Source: the human T2T-CHM13v2.0 reference genome, Homo sapiens. Taken from it: a stretch of DNA of 64,000 bases. The notes under the pieces were generated by a model. The model was not told the origin of the DNA and made no database searches. It saw nothing but the letters and a program-made list of their open reading frames with translations. The stretch lies in the NCBI RefSeq assembly GCF_009914755.1, contig NC_060929.1, one strand, 5' to 3'. Of the stretch, positions 1 to 12,318 are shown piece by piece. A program made the translations under genes and the position numbers. The first letter of the stretch is position 1. Each line of letters starts with the position of its first letter.

Positions 1-166
1 GTGGACCTGTTTAAAATTTTTCCCAGATGCCGTAATTTCAGTACTCTATGATGATGCCTTCATGACACCCACTGAATATTCAGATGTTGAAAAATCTGGA
101 GGATGGGAATTAGAATGATTAGCACTTTTGGAAGTAGGCCCTTTGTGGAAGTAATTTATATATTAA

Positions 167-204
167 GAGGGAGGAGGAAGAAGAAGAGGGAGGAGGAAGA
201 GGAG
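167..204 (+). repeat. GA-rich low-complexity (GAG/GAA) tract
   Basis: gagggaggaggaagaagaagagggaggaggaagaggag. Confidence 0.8.
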
Positions 205-244
205 CTGGAACTGGAATTATTTGATGTAGAAAAGAAAATGCAGG

Positions 245-470
245 GGCAGAAAATATTAGCAATTAGTTTCTGAGTATCTTAAAAAAAACTATTATATGAG
301 TGAGTGACAGTGAGAAGCTGTTTCATGTTCCTACTTAGAGTAGGACAAATGCTTTTGGGCTACTGCAACAAAAAATCCAAAAAGGCATTAGGAGAAGTCT
401 TCAGACTCTAAAGTTGGTAAAATTGTGGTGTATGATAACAGGTTGTCAATGCAGGGAAAAAGACATCTTT
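245..470 (+). mobile_element. CR1/L3 LINE 3' fragment, highly diverged
   Basis: Resembles the L3 3' region (..ctgtttcatgttcc..gagtaggacaaatg..aggcattaggagaagtcttc..); boundaries approximate. Confidence 0.35.
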
Positions 471-699
471 CTGCACTGGGGGTCAGGGTGGTATCCTGTA
501 TGGAAGAAAAGATGCTGTAGATGAGGCTTATTCAAGCTTTTTATCTATTCCAATGAGATCCTACATGTAGGGAAAGAAGTGATTCATTCTATCACACAGT
601 ATTGAGACAGCTTTTTCAGAAAATGTAAGTTAATTATCTGATCTGCACCTAAAGAAGAAAGGAAGGTTCTGAGAACATGGCATTGTGAGTGGATAGATG

Positions 700-835
700 C
701 ACAGTCTGAAACCAGACAGTTTGGTTGCTTCTCCAGGATCATCACATCCTAGCTTTGTGACCCTGGAAAGATTTTAAACTGCTCTAAGAATCAGTTTCCT
801 CCTCTGCAAACTGGTGATAATAGAGATGTGAGTAG
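700..835 (+). mobile_element. MIR SINE fragment
   Basis: ctagctttgtgaccctggaaag...tcagtttcctcctctgcaaactggtgataatag matches the MIR core. Confidence 0.75.
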
Positions 836-1799
836 TCACGGAGATGATACTCGATAAATATCAACTTTTATTATTTTATTAGACATATAGCACCTTCTAG
901 GCACTATGTTAGGCATTTTCCCAATCATTATTTCCTTCACAGAGCAGTCATCCAAGGCCTCTATAAAATAGGATGATATGATGACTTTTCACCAGAGTTA
1001 TGTTCTTTAATTAAAAATGAAAGCCCTAGGTATCAAAGACCAGCCTGCTGAGTTCCCTTACCTTTCCCAACCATGAGACATTTCCCTGATATCTGCAGCA
1101 CGTCTTTGACATCTGGGACAGAAGACCAATTTGCCTCCACCCCCACGTGGCTCCACCTGTCACCATTATTATGTGATCTTTATCAAATTAAACTGAGAAT
1201 GTACTAATCTTTTTTCATTATGCTTCCAACCAAAGCCACCAAGCTCACAAATATGGTATCTGTTTAATAAAATGAATTGATACAGGAAAGAAAATTCTGG
1301 TATTTAATTTCATATCTTCAAGACAATATTTATATCAACTAATATATACATGTTCTATTTGAGCTATAATATATTTCTTATCACCTGATGAACTTGTGAC
1401 AGAGGGTCTGTTTGTAGCCAGTGGTTAATACAGAGTGTATTTTCCTCTGGGTCATTGCCCCTTCCTTTCTTCTTCTGCAATTTACCTTCAGAAAAAAAGC
1501 CATTTTCCCAAAAGCCATTTTGAGAGTCAGTTAAATGTGCAGGATGCTAAAATTACATATGTACTTGTATCAGAGTTTACATGTGTGTGTGCACGCGCAC
1601 GTGTGCACGCATTTGTGTATCCTTTTTAAAGAAAAGTTTGTATTCCCAGGAGCAAGGATAATGAGGCATATGCTCTATTCCTAGCAAAACAACAAGCTCA
1701 GTACCAAGTGTTAGATATAGCTTAATGTAAAATATATTAATAACTCTCTCTATGCTAATAGTGAGATTTAAAAATCCAAACCATAGTGTTGAATTTATA

Positions 1800-2255
1800 T
1801 GGCTAAATCAGAAAAAGCCATCATAATTGGAATTTCAGCAACATGTTTGGATGATAGAAATCAGTGGGGCATGACAATCTTTACTTTGAGTTATACATAA
1901 AGGTATCTTAGGACTTGAATAAGACATGCATAGTGTATAAAGAAATCCTGAGACACTGTGAAAATAGTTTACCACTGTGAAGAGAAAAAGGGAAGGTTAA
2001 ATTACTTTGGCTATAAAACCACATGTAATGCAAAAACCCACTGAACCAACTTTGTTTTCCAGATGTCTTCAGAACTGCATAATTGCAGAATTTTGAGAAG
2101 TATATGAAGATGGTTTCAGGATGTGCCTGATACTTTGCGTCAGAAAGAGCAACAATAATGATAAATTTTTAAATGATCCTAGAATGGACAAAGGAAGTAC
2201 TATTGCATTAGATTCAGTAAAGCATTCTTTTATAGAAGATGTTTAAAACATCAAC
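1800..2255 (+). mobile_element. Ancient CR1/L3 ORF2 endonuclease-domain relic
   Basis: 1820-1879 translates IIIGISATCLDDRNQWGMTI versus the CR1 APE motif DIIGITETWWDDSHDWxxxI. Weaker traces of GDFNxPD, KFL and TRGxxxLD follow in the expected order. Confidence 0.45.
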
Positions 2256-2269
2256 ATTTGGCAGAAGAA

Positions 2270-2482
2270 GAAAAACTTGGGTTTGAGCCCCAGCACCACC
2301 ACTTTCTCGCTATTGGACTGTGGGAAAGTCCTTCAATTCACTAAGATTAATTTCTTCATCTGCAAAGTGAGGACAATAACAAGGCCAATCACATGGGGAT
2401 GTGAGGATTTCAGTGACATAAAATAAAGCCCTTAGCATAGGATCAGGGGAATAGAATAAGTGCTCAATAAATGTCAGCTACG
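2270..2482 (+). mobile_element. MIR SINE
   Basis: gggtttgagccccagcaccaccact...tttcttcatctgcaaagtgaggacaataac...taagtgctcaataaatgtcagcta. Confidence 0.85.
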
Positions 2483-2934
2483 GTGTTGACAATGCTGAGG
2501 GTGGAGGTGATGCAGAGGAGGAGGAAGGGAATAAAGAAGAAAAACATCAGGTAGACTCTGCATCTATATTATTTGTAAAAAGCACTCAATAGAGGAAACA
2601 ATTGTCTGGTGATAAAATGAGAAAAATCTTCTCACTCCTTCCGAGGACAAAATATTCTATAGTGAAGCATTTAGGTGCGTTTTTTACTTGTCTTTGCAGA
2701 AAATTATTCATTGCAAAATTAAAAGGTTGTATACCTTTTGTCAGAGTAAAAAAATGATCCTTTTAGCCAAGAATTAAGAACACATTTCAAATCTGCCATT
2801 TAAAAATAAATTCTGCCCTTGGCTAAAACCCTATATGGCTAAGAGTTTATTAAAAAGAGCAGTTTCTTCACTGTCTCTATTTTGCAGAGACAATGGAGAT
2901 AGAATGTGACACACCAAAAATTGAGGCTGGATGA

Positions 2935-3291
2935 GGAGGCTTTTTGTTTGAAATTGGTGAGCTGACTCTCACATTTATACAAAAGGGCAAAAGACCTTGA
3001 ACATTCAAACAATCTTGTAAAAGAAAAAAAAGGTAGAAGACTTACACTACCTGATTTCAATATTCTATGATGTTATAGTAATCAAGACAGTGTGGCACTG
3101 GCATAAAGATGACAGAACAATGGAACAGAACTAAGAGCACCAGAATAGACCCACACTTATGTGATCATTTGACTTTTGACAAAGGTGCCAAAGCAATCCA
3201 ATAGGAAAAGAAAATTCTTATTGCATACAATAAACTAAATAAATATTAATAAATTGAATATCCACATAAAAAAGTGACCTGTGACCCCTAC
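2935..3291 (+). mobile_element. Old L1 (L1M/L1ME-type) ORF2 fragment, upstream part, interrupted by THE1
   Basis: cttacactacctgatttcaa..agtaatcaagacagtgtggcactggcataaaga..tttgacaaaggtgccaaagcaat are L1 ORF2 hallmarks. Confidence 0.9.
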
Positions 3292-5626
3292 TGATGTGGT
3301 TTCACTGTGTCCCCACTCAAATATCATCTTGAATTGTAGTTCCCATAATTCCCACATGTAATGGGAGGGACCTGGTGGGAGGTAATTGAATCATAAGGGT
3401 TGTTACCCCCATACTGCTGTCCTTGTGATAGTGAGTGAGTTCTCATGAGATCTGATGGTTTTATAAAGAACTTTCCCCCTTTTTGCTCAGCACTTCTCCT
3501 TCCTGACATCTCCTTCCTGCCATCATGTGAAAAAGGACATGTTTGTTTCCCCTTCCACCATTATTGTAAGTTTCTTGAGGCCTCCCCAGCCACGTGGAAC
3601 TTGAGTCAATTAAACCTCTTTCCTTTATAAATTACCAATCTCAGGCAGTCCTTTATAGTAGTGTGAGAATTAACTAATACAGTAAATTGGTACCGAGGGT
3701 AGGGTCATGCTATAAAGATACCCAAAAAGGTAACAGGCAGAGGTTGGAACAGTTTGGAGGGATCAGAAGAAGACAGAAAAAGTGGTCAAGTTTGGAACTT
3801 CCTAGAGACTTGGAGGGCTCAGAGGACAGGAAGAGGTGGGAAAATTTGGAATTTCCTAGAGACTTCCTGAATGGCTTTGACCAAAATGCTGATAGTGATG
3901 GCTGATGTGGTCTCAGATAGAGATGAAGAACCTGTTGGGAACTGGAATAAGGTGACTCTTGCTATGTTTCAGCAAAGAGACTGGCAGCATTTTGCCACTG
4001 CTCTAGAGTTCTGTGGAACTTTGAACTTGAGAGAGATGATTTAGGGTATCTGGTAGAAGAAATTGCTAAGCAGCAAAGCATTCAAGAGGAAGCAGAGCAA
4101 AAAAGTTTGGAAAATTTGCAGCCCGACAATGAAACAGAAAAGAAAAATTCATTTTCCGAGGAGAAATTCAAGCCTGCTGCAGAAATTTGCATAAGTAAAT
4201 TGAGGAGTTGAATGTTAATCACCAAGATAATGGGGAAAATGTTTCCAGAGCATGTCAGAGAACTTCACAGCAGCCCCTCCCATCACAGGCCTGGAGGCCT
4301 AGGAGAAAAAAAGTGGTTTCCTGGGCTGGGCCCAGAGCCCTGCTACTGTGTGCAGCCTAGGGATTAGGTGCCCCGCATGCTAGCCACTCCAGCCATGGCT
4401 AAAATTGGCCAAGATACAGCTCAGGCTGTGGCTTCAGAGGGTGCAAGCCCCAAGTCTTGGCAGCTTCCATGTGGCGTTGAGTCTGTGGGTGCACAGAAGT
4501 CAAGAATTGAGGTTTGGGAACCTCCACCTAGATTCCAGAGGTTGTATGGAAATGCCTGGATGTCTAGGGAGAAGTTTGCTGCAGAGGCAGAGCCCTCATG
4601 GAGAACCTCTGCTAGGGCAGTGCAGAAGGGAAATGTGGGATTGGAGCTCCCACACAGAGTCCCCACAGGGGTACTGCCTGGTGGAACTGTGAGAAGACAG
4701 CCACTGTTCTCCAGACCTCAGAATGGTAAATCCACTGACAGCTTGCACCGTGCACCTGGAAAAGTCTCAGACACTCAACACCAGCCTGTGAAGGAAGCTG
4801 GGAGGGGGGTTGTACCATGCAAAACTAGGGGTAGAGCTGCCCAAGGCCATGGGAGCCCACCTCTTGCATCAGTGTGACCTGAATGTGAGAAATGCAGTCA
4901 AAGGAGATCATTTCAGAACTTTAAGGTTTGACTGCCCTGCTGGATGTCAGAGTTGCATGGGGCCTGTAGCCCCTTTCTTTTGGCCAATTTCTACCATTTG
5001 GAACAGGTCTATTTACCCAATGTCTGTGGCCCCATTGTCTCTAGGAAGTAACTAACTTGCTTTTGATTTTACAGACTCATAGAAGAAACTTGCCTTGTCT
5101 CAGATGAAACTTTTGATTTGGACTTTTGAGTTAAAGCTGGAATGAGTTAAGACTTTGGGGGATTGTTGGAAGGGCATGCTTGTGTTTTAAAATGTGAGGA
5201 CATGATATTTGGGAGGAGCCAGGAGCAGAAAGGTATGGTTAGGCTTTGTTCCCCACCGAAATCTCATCTTGAATTGTAGTTCCCATAATCCCCACATGTC
5301 GTAGAAGGGACCTAGTGGGAGGTAATTGAATCATGGGGGCGGTACCACCATGCTGCTGTTCTCATGACAGTGAGTAAGCGAGTTTTCATGAGATCTGATG
5401 GTTTCATAAGGGGATTTTCACCTTTTGCTCAGCGCTTCTCCTTCCTCCCATCTCCTTCCTGTTATCATGTGAAGAAGGGTGCATTTGCTTCCCCTTCTGC
5501 CATGACTGTAAGTTTCCTGAGGCCTCCTCAGCCATGTGGAACTGTGAGTCAAACTAAACCTCTTTCCTTTATAAATTACCCCATCTTGGGCAGTCCTTTA
5601 TAGCAGCGTGAGAGCAGACTAATACA
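3292..5626 (+). mobile_element. Full-length THE1 (THE1C/D-type, ERVL-MaLR): 5' LTR 3292-3681, internal 3682-5230, 3' LTR 5231-5626
   Basis: The 5' LTR starts tgatgtggttt and both LTRs end ..actaataca. Typical THE1-int lies between them, and a perfect 5-bp TSD CCTAC sits at 3287-3291 and 5627-5631. Confidence 0.95.
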
Positions 5627-7037
5627 CCTACCATACATTATACACATAAATTAATTTGGTATGAATAATAGACCAAAACAAAAAAGCTAAAACTGTAGGC
5701 TTTCAGAAAAAAACACAAGAGAATATCTTTATGATTTGGGGATAAGTTAAGTTTCTTTAGGTACAACAAAGAAGCACTAACCATCAAAGAAAAACATTGA
5801 TAAATTAGACTTCATAAAATGAATGCTTCTCTCATCAAAAGACAGTGCTGACAAGATAAATAAGCAAACTGCAGACTGGGAGAAACTATTTGCAGAGCAT
5901 ACACCTGAAAAAAGACTCGTATCCAGAATATAAAGAACTTCCACAACTCAGTAATATAAAGTCAAATCATCCATCAATAAAGGAGGCAAAAATTTAAACA
6001 GACACTTTACAAAAGTAGATGCATGTGTGGCCAATAACTACATGAAAAGATGCTTAACATCATTAGTCATTGGGGAAATAAAAATTAAAACCATAAAGAA
6101 ATAGCAACATGTATCCATAGGAAGGCTAAAATGAAAAAGACTCGGCAGCACCCAAAATTGGCAAGAATATGGAATGATTAGAAATCTCCAACACTATTGG
6201 TAGAGGTAAAAAAAATGGTACAACCTGGAGGATGTGCAAGCTATTTTATGACCCAAAAACGCTACTTCTAGGTATTTACCCAAAAGAAATTGCAATATGT
6301 GTTCACAAAACCTTGTACAATCATGTTCATAACAGCTTTATTCATAATACCTAAAAACCAGAAAGAGTCTATTAATAACATAAAAATAAACTGTGCTCTA
6401 TTCATATAATGGAATATTACTCAGCAATACAAGGGAAAAAACTTGCCAATTACAGGAGCACTGATGAAACACAAAAACTAAATATTGAGTGAAAGAATCC
6501 TTACACAAAGATTCCAGTTAGAGTGGTTCTAAAACAGGCCAAACTAATTTATGGTGAAAATGTCAGAATAGTGACTGGCTAAGGGGGACAGCAGTTGATT
6601 GGAAAGGGGTATGAGGAAACTTCTTTGGAGTGTTAGTGATGATCTGTATCTGGATAGGGGTTTGAGTTACACAAGTGTATATATTTGGCAAAGCTCAGCC
6701 AATGTTTACTTAAGATTTCTGCATTTCATTATAAGTAACTTTTACCTCATGTAAAAGCAACCCTGTAAACAAATATTGAACCCTGGTAAATAATATGCAT
6801 GCTGAAATATTTGGGGAGAAGTGTACTGATGTTTAAAAGTGGTTTTGAAATATATCAAGAGATAAACTAGATTGATGGGTGCATAAAGGGATGGATAGGT
6901 GGATTGTTGCATGATAAAGCACATATAGGAAATTTTTAATTGCATTATCTAAATAAAGCGTCTGTAGGTGTTCACTGTAAAATTGTTTCAACTTTTCTGT
7001 GTGTTTGAGCATTTTATAACAAATTGCTGGAAAAAGA
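5627..7037 (+). mobile_element. Old L1 (L1ME-type) ORF2 end and 3' UTR, continuation of 2935-3291
   Basis: The L1 resumes exactly after the THE1 TSD (gacccctac|catacattatacac). It has cagactgggagaaactatttgca and an L1ME-like 3' end gtgttcactgtaaaattgtttcaacttttctg. Confidence 0.88.
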
Positions 7038-7059
7038 AGTTAAGGCTAAATGGGTAGCC

Positions 7060-8110
7060 AAAACCCTGATGAGAGTTTGGTCCTACCGTTGAGTATAGAA
7101 TGGGGAGCTATGAAGGTTTTCAGAAGGGCATGCTATCATCAGATTTACCCTGAAGTATACAGGGTGAATAGTAGGCATGGGTATAGGAACTAACTTCAGT
7201 CTTGAAAACCAGTAAGAAAAGATTTCAGTCGTCCGCGTGAGAGACTTAACAGGTTAAGATCTATAGAATCGCCACTGGTTGGTGATGGTTAGATATTGGG
7301 GAAGGGTGAGGAAGGAGTCCAGGATGGCTTCCAGGTTTCCAGCCATGTTCCCTGGGTAAATGGCAGTGACCACTTTTGAGAGGAAATAGAGGAGATGACG
7401 CAAATGAGAGACTGGGAGAGGAAAGGGTGAGATAAGATGTTTCATTCTATATTAGACATGTTGAATATGAGGGTCATTGTAATTCCCTGAGGTGAAGATG
7501 TACAGATGGCATTAGCAATATGGGTCTAGAACTCGGAGAGGAGGTCTAGGTTGGTGGCATAGTCCATTTTGTGCTGCTATAACAGACTACCTAAGACTAG
7601 GTAATTTATAAAGAAGAAAATGTATTCTCTCACAGTTCTGGAGGCTGAAAAGTCCAAGATCAAGGTGCTGGCAGGATAGGGCCCAGTTTCTCTGCTTTCA
7701 GAATGGTGCCTTGAGTGCTATGTCCTCCAGAAGACAGAAATGCCATATCCTCACATATCAGAAGAGCAGAAGAGAGACAAATAACTCCTGCAAGCTCTTT
7801 TATAGAATTATTATAGGGAATTAGCAGAGTTCTCATGACCTAAACACCTCCCAAAAGGTCCTGCCTCCCAACACTGTTGCATTGGGGATTCAGTTTCAAC
7901 ACATGAATTTTGAAGGGGGCAAATACATTCAAACAATAGCAGTTAGATATATGGATTTTAGCAGTATCAGCTAAAAGATGGTAGTTGAAACCATGCTAAT
8001 GGATGAGATCATCCAAGAAGAGAACACAAGTGAGACAGCCCTGAGGTTACCAACAAATTAGGGGTTGACTGAGGAAGAAAAGAAACCCAAAGAGGCCTTT
8101 GATGAACAAC
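7060..8110 (-). mobile_element. L2 LINE fragment interrupted by an MST LTR
   Basis: Purine-rich L2 antisense motifs (ggagtccaggatggcttccaggtttccagc; tagacatgttgaatatgag; gtagttgaaaccatgctaatggatgagatcatcc). Confidence 0.8.
7555..7941 (-). mobile_element. MST-family (MSTC/MSTD-like) MaLR solo LTR
   Basis: ..tagtccattttgtgctgctataacag..ctcacagttctggaggctg..cattcaaacaatagca; near-perfect TSD gttgg/gttag. Confidence 0.88.
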
Positions 8111-8469
8111 TTAGAGCAATGTCTATAGTTCTGAAAAAAACAAAGAATAAAATTTGTACAGAGGAGGGTGTAAATAACTTTGTCAGGGATATTGGTGTGA
8201 GGAGGAAGAGGTCAGGAAAGTTTTCACAAGGAAAATGATACTTGAACAGGACTATATAGGGCAAGTAGGAATTGTCCAGGCAAACAAGGGAGACAAAAGA
8301 AAGACAGAAAGAACAACATAAGAGGCTAGAAATTCTAGGAGTGTTCAGGAAACTTCAGGCTATGCCTTTTTGACACTAGGTTGGGGAATGTTGTGTAGCA
8401 TTTTCACTCAATATGAAACCGTTGAAATATAGTCATGGGGTTGTGGAAGGGCAGCCTCTGTAATTCTCC

Positions 8470-8684
8470 CTGATGTAAACTACTAGTTCTGCACCAGAAT
8501 CACCTGCAAGGCTTGTTAAACTACAGATTGCTGGGTCCTACCTCCAGAGTTTCTGGCATAATAGGTGGACAGATGAGAGACTGAACTGGGTAAATCTGGG
8601 TGGGGCCTGATAATTAGAATTTCTAATGAGATCCCAGATGATGCCAGTGCTGTGGGTCTGGGGCCCACACTTGGAGAACCACTG
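8470..8684. mobile_element. MER5A hAT-Charlie DNA transposon
   Basis: cagaatcacctgcaaggcttgttaaactacagattgctggg...gggcccacacttggagaaccactg. Confidence 0.85.
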
Positions 8685-9539
8685 AGGATGCTGGGAGGAA
8701 GGGGTGCTGTACAATGCCCAGAATCAGCTTCTCAGGGAAGGCCTTTCTTACCGGAAGGTGCTAGTTATACTGTGGATAAGGCACAGTTCCCACCATATAG
8801 TTTACATCCTCTCACTTCCTTGGTAAACAGAACCTTCTTAATTAAACTTCAACTTACAGAAATGTTGGAGAATTTTTGAGGCTGAGGTCTCTTCAATAAA
8901 ATAGGCTCATACTCATGTTGCATCTCAAGGACTCCTCTGTTCACACACCCTGGTGACATACAGGAAACAACTGCTGTGCAATTCTCTGCATCCTTGGCTG
9001 CCTCATGGGGACTGATAGCTGGATGAGATGTACCTAATATAGTAGTTGTTGAACGTTTTGTACATTTTAAAGTACATTTACATCAATTCAGCATTTTAAT
9101 TTCCTTATAAGCCAGCACTACTATTACTGATCAATAAAATAAGCAATAGGAGAGGATGACATGTCATTTTCCACACAGGTCCTGGTCTGTGGTGACCCCA
9201 GTGACACCCTGACATCTCCTAGAAAATGAGTAACAGGTTTCTATCACTTTATAAGAAGGAGCTGTTTTTTATTCTCCTCTTTTTCCCCCAATCTTGGGAT
9301 TGTGGGGGTCTTGTGGATGTTTTTCATACCACCATGGCATGGGAATAGTATAATTAACATGTCTGCAAGGTGAATGCCAACTGAGTGCCCTGAGTCTCTC
9401 TGAGATTGGTGCAGGGGAGTAGCTGGGCTTTCCCTGAGTGCACAAGAGGAACACAGAAGGGATGAGTGAGGATCAAACTAGTCCACAGCGAGGAGGACAT
9501 AGTATGAACTGTGGGGCCTCACGACAAAGGCCATGAAAG

Positions 9540-10095
9540 GAGGTTATTTAGTTTGCGGAAGGCAGATCATAATGCAGAGAGGTGTTTACACCAGCTAAGA
9601 AAGTTTGAATAGGGAGACTTAAAAGCAATGGTAGAGACAGGTTTAGACAAACTAAAATTTACTTGCAAGATACCTCAGAGCTGTGGAAGGCATTCATTCA
9701 ATTCAAACCCAGCCAACAGAGAGATGAAGTTATCTAGTTTCAGGATATACAAAGAGAAACATAATCACTAAAATATGAGACTCCTATAGTCCATCCCATT
9801 CGTCTGTCAAACTAGGTTCCATTTATGATAAAGACATTTACAAAGTGGGGTAGAGTAACTCAGAGGATGAAAAGGCCCAATCTCATGCCATCTGTGATCT
9901 GATAGGAAAAAAGTGATGATACTGAACCATGGGAAGAGGCAATTCAGGGAGAAGTGATATTCATCATTGAATATTTAAGAGTCTATCATGTGAAAAAGAA
10001 TTACACTTCTGTGGATATACAGTAGGCACTGTGGGTGAATGTTAGAAGAAGTAGATTTCAGAGCAAGCAATATAAGAAGGAATTTTCCAGAAAGT
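9540..10095 (+). mobile_element. CR1/L3 LINE: RT-end traces and 3' region
   Basis: Clear L3 3' motifs (gaatatttaagagtctatcatgtgaaaaaga..gttagaagaagtagatttcag..aatataagaaggaattttc). A weak I*FAEG (versus IKFADD) and GDL...LKF trace lies at 9545-9660. Confidence 0.55.
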
Positions 10096-10111
10096 AAAAC
10101 AGCATGAGGAA

Positions 10112-10355
10112 TAAGAGCATAGTGTTTAAAATAAGGCTGCTTGGGTTCGAATCCCAGTCCTGTTTGATGTTAGACAAATTATTTACCTTCTTGGTGCCTC
10201 AGTTTTCTAATCAGAAAAATGGCATTAACAGTAGTATCTTCTAATTGTATCATAAGATTAAATGAACTAGACATTTTGAAATGGTTAGAACATCGTCTGG
10301 CATGTGCTAAGCATGCAATAAATCCCAGCAGCTGTAGTTGTTGTTATTATTGTTA
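10112..10355 (+). mobile_element. MIR SINE
   Basis: gggttcgaatcccag (tRNA-derived B box), tgcctcagttttctaatc, attaaatgaactag, 3' ttattattg tail. Confidence 0.85.
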
Positions 10356-10829
10356 TTGATAGAGCTGGCGATGGAGGGACAGCCTTGATTGATGGTCTGT
10401 ACCCTCTGAGGAGCTGTCCCAGCAGATGCCTGGATACACCAGGCGGAAGTTCTGGTGAGAGGAAGAAGGTCTAGCTCGCTGATGGCACCAGAGTGATGGT
10501 TTTCAGCTGATAGGCTGCATGCCACCCATGGGCTGGAGCAGTAGTACACGTAGACACAGGATGTCAGAACAATTATATATTTATTCTCTGCCATCTGTAT
10601 TTCTAATGGCAACAGTATCATGACTACTTTTATGTTCTAGAGATATTTTTGTTTTAGCAAAAACATCAAAACTCACTCCCAAAAGTACTTCCGCCGTTTT
10701 AATATCTTTAGACCTGTCCATAGATGATACATATTTTATGTAGACTAATAAAAGTCAGAGTCAGCCTTGAGAAAAAGTAAGCATTTTAAATCATGGTGAG
10801 GTTCAGGGATGCTCAATCTTCTTTGATCC

Positions 10830-10940
10830 AATACTTACAGAGTACTTCACATATGTTAGACACTGTGCTAGACACTGGGGATGTTTAGATTAATATTAAT
10901 AAGCCATAGCCCCTGCCTTCAATAAGTTTACAATTTAGTC
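10830..10940 (-). mobile_element. L2 3' end fragment
   Basis: tatgttagacactgtgctagacactggggat..catagcccctgccttcaataagtttacaatttagt. Confidence 0.7.
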
Positions 10941-12318
10941 ACATTGGTTGGACATAAAATACAAAAGGTTAAGCACTACTAAGTTAGATGAATCTTAGCA
11001 AAGCCGTTCAACAGTGAGTGAGAGTCTACAATTTTATCATTCTCGACAAGTGAGCAGCAGCAGCAACCCAGTGGACAAATTTCATACAGAGGAGAGACAA
11101 ACAAACAAACACGAAAAGCGCCCCAGCAGCCTAGAATCAGCCTTGAGGTTGTATAAGCCTGTGAGTTAAAGGCACTGAAGGTCACTACACTTTTGAAAAG
11201 TAAAGTACAAGGGCAAGAAAGAGCAATCCCTGTGTGATGAAGCAGAGAAATTACTTCTTCAGAGAGAAAACAGAAATTCTTTAAAATAAAATATCTTGTA
11301 GCAAAGGAAAATCTACCTGGACATAATTATAGCCACTGAACTACCAAATGTGTATATTAAATTCAGATGGGATGGGGTAGATAAACAGAGGGTACACAAA
11401 ATAAATTGTTGAAAACCTTTATGAAAACTACATATGGTAGTTCAGAAGCTGGATGAAAAACTCTGTTGCCAAAGATAGATTTCACAAAGAATTTGACACC
11501 AAGCCGAGAATTTAAGAGATGCAGTTTCAACAAAAGAAGTTTAAAGTAAAACAAAAATTTCTCCTGCAATCATTTTTAGTACAACGTTGATGGAGAATAA
11601 AGTCTTCCAGGAAGTCGTTACATAGCACTGAAGACATGTAAGTGTTTCAAATCTCCAAAGCCAGATGGTATGCATTGTAAGATCCCAGAAGGACTCACAT
11701 GTGAATGGCCATCGGACTGGTCAGGACATGAAATACACTCTCACTGCCACATTCTTAAGATCCGGCTCCACTGGGAATTTTTCCTCACATAAAGGTTGGA
11801 GAATTGGGTCCCATCATCTATTAGTTCAGACAAATTATTTTGGGAAATTAGAAAGGTGTTCTGTCCTCAGGAGATACAAGAAATTAAAAACCTCTGTGCC
11901 TCTTAAATTCTAAAAACACTTGCTTCAAAGACCAATTGAATCAATATGCAGTTATAATCTTGATATATTCTCAATTGAGAAATAAAATCAATATTCAATT
12001 TAAATTGTTTTGGGGGAAGGACAATAAAATGGGGAGAAAATAACTAACATTACTTTCTGAAATTAATTTATAGTTTTCTGGGTTTTTTTCTAAATTTCCT
12101 ATCATGCGTATGTATTATGTCTATAGTCAGGAAAGTTGGTTGAAATAAATAACTGCAAGATACCAATATTAAAATGTGTCCTGAAATATTTACCTAAAAG
12201 AGTATAATTAATTGTGGTGACTTTACTCAAAAAGATCTAGGACAACTCTGCATAGTAAGAGTTAAGACAACCACTCTTGGCTGGGACTCCAAACAGACAC
12301 CGTAAGATGGAACGTCCA

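Noticed and set aside
2049-2110. Coding exon after the strong acceptor ctttgttttccag
   Set aside because: All three frames stop within ~45 nt, no good donor is evident nearby, and the region looks CR1-derived.
4368-4877. Longest ORF (169 aa) and overlapping ORFs as a protein-coding gene
   Set aside because: They lie wholly within THE1-int and are the usual MaLR internal translation; no gene structure.
10141-10160. tRNA gene (GGTTCGAATCCC B box)
   Set aside because: This is the tRNA-derived head of a MIR; there is no cloverleaf.
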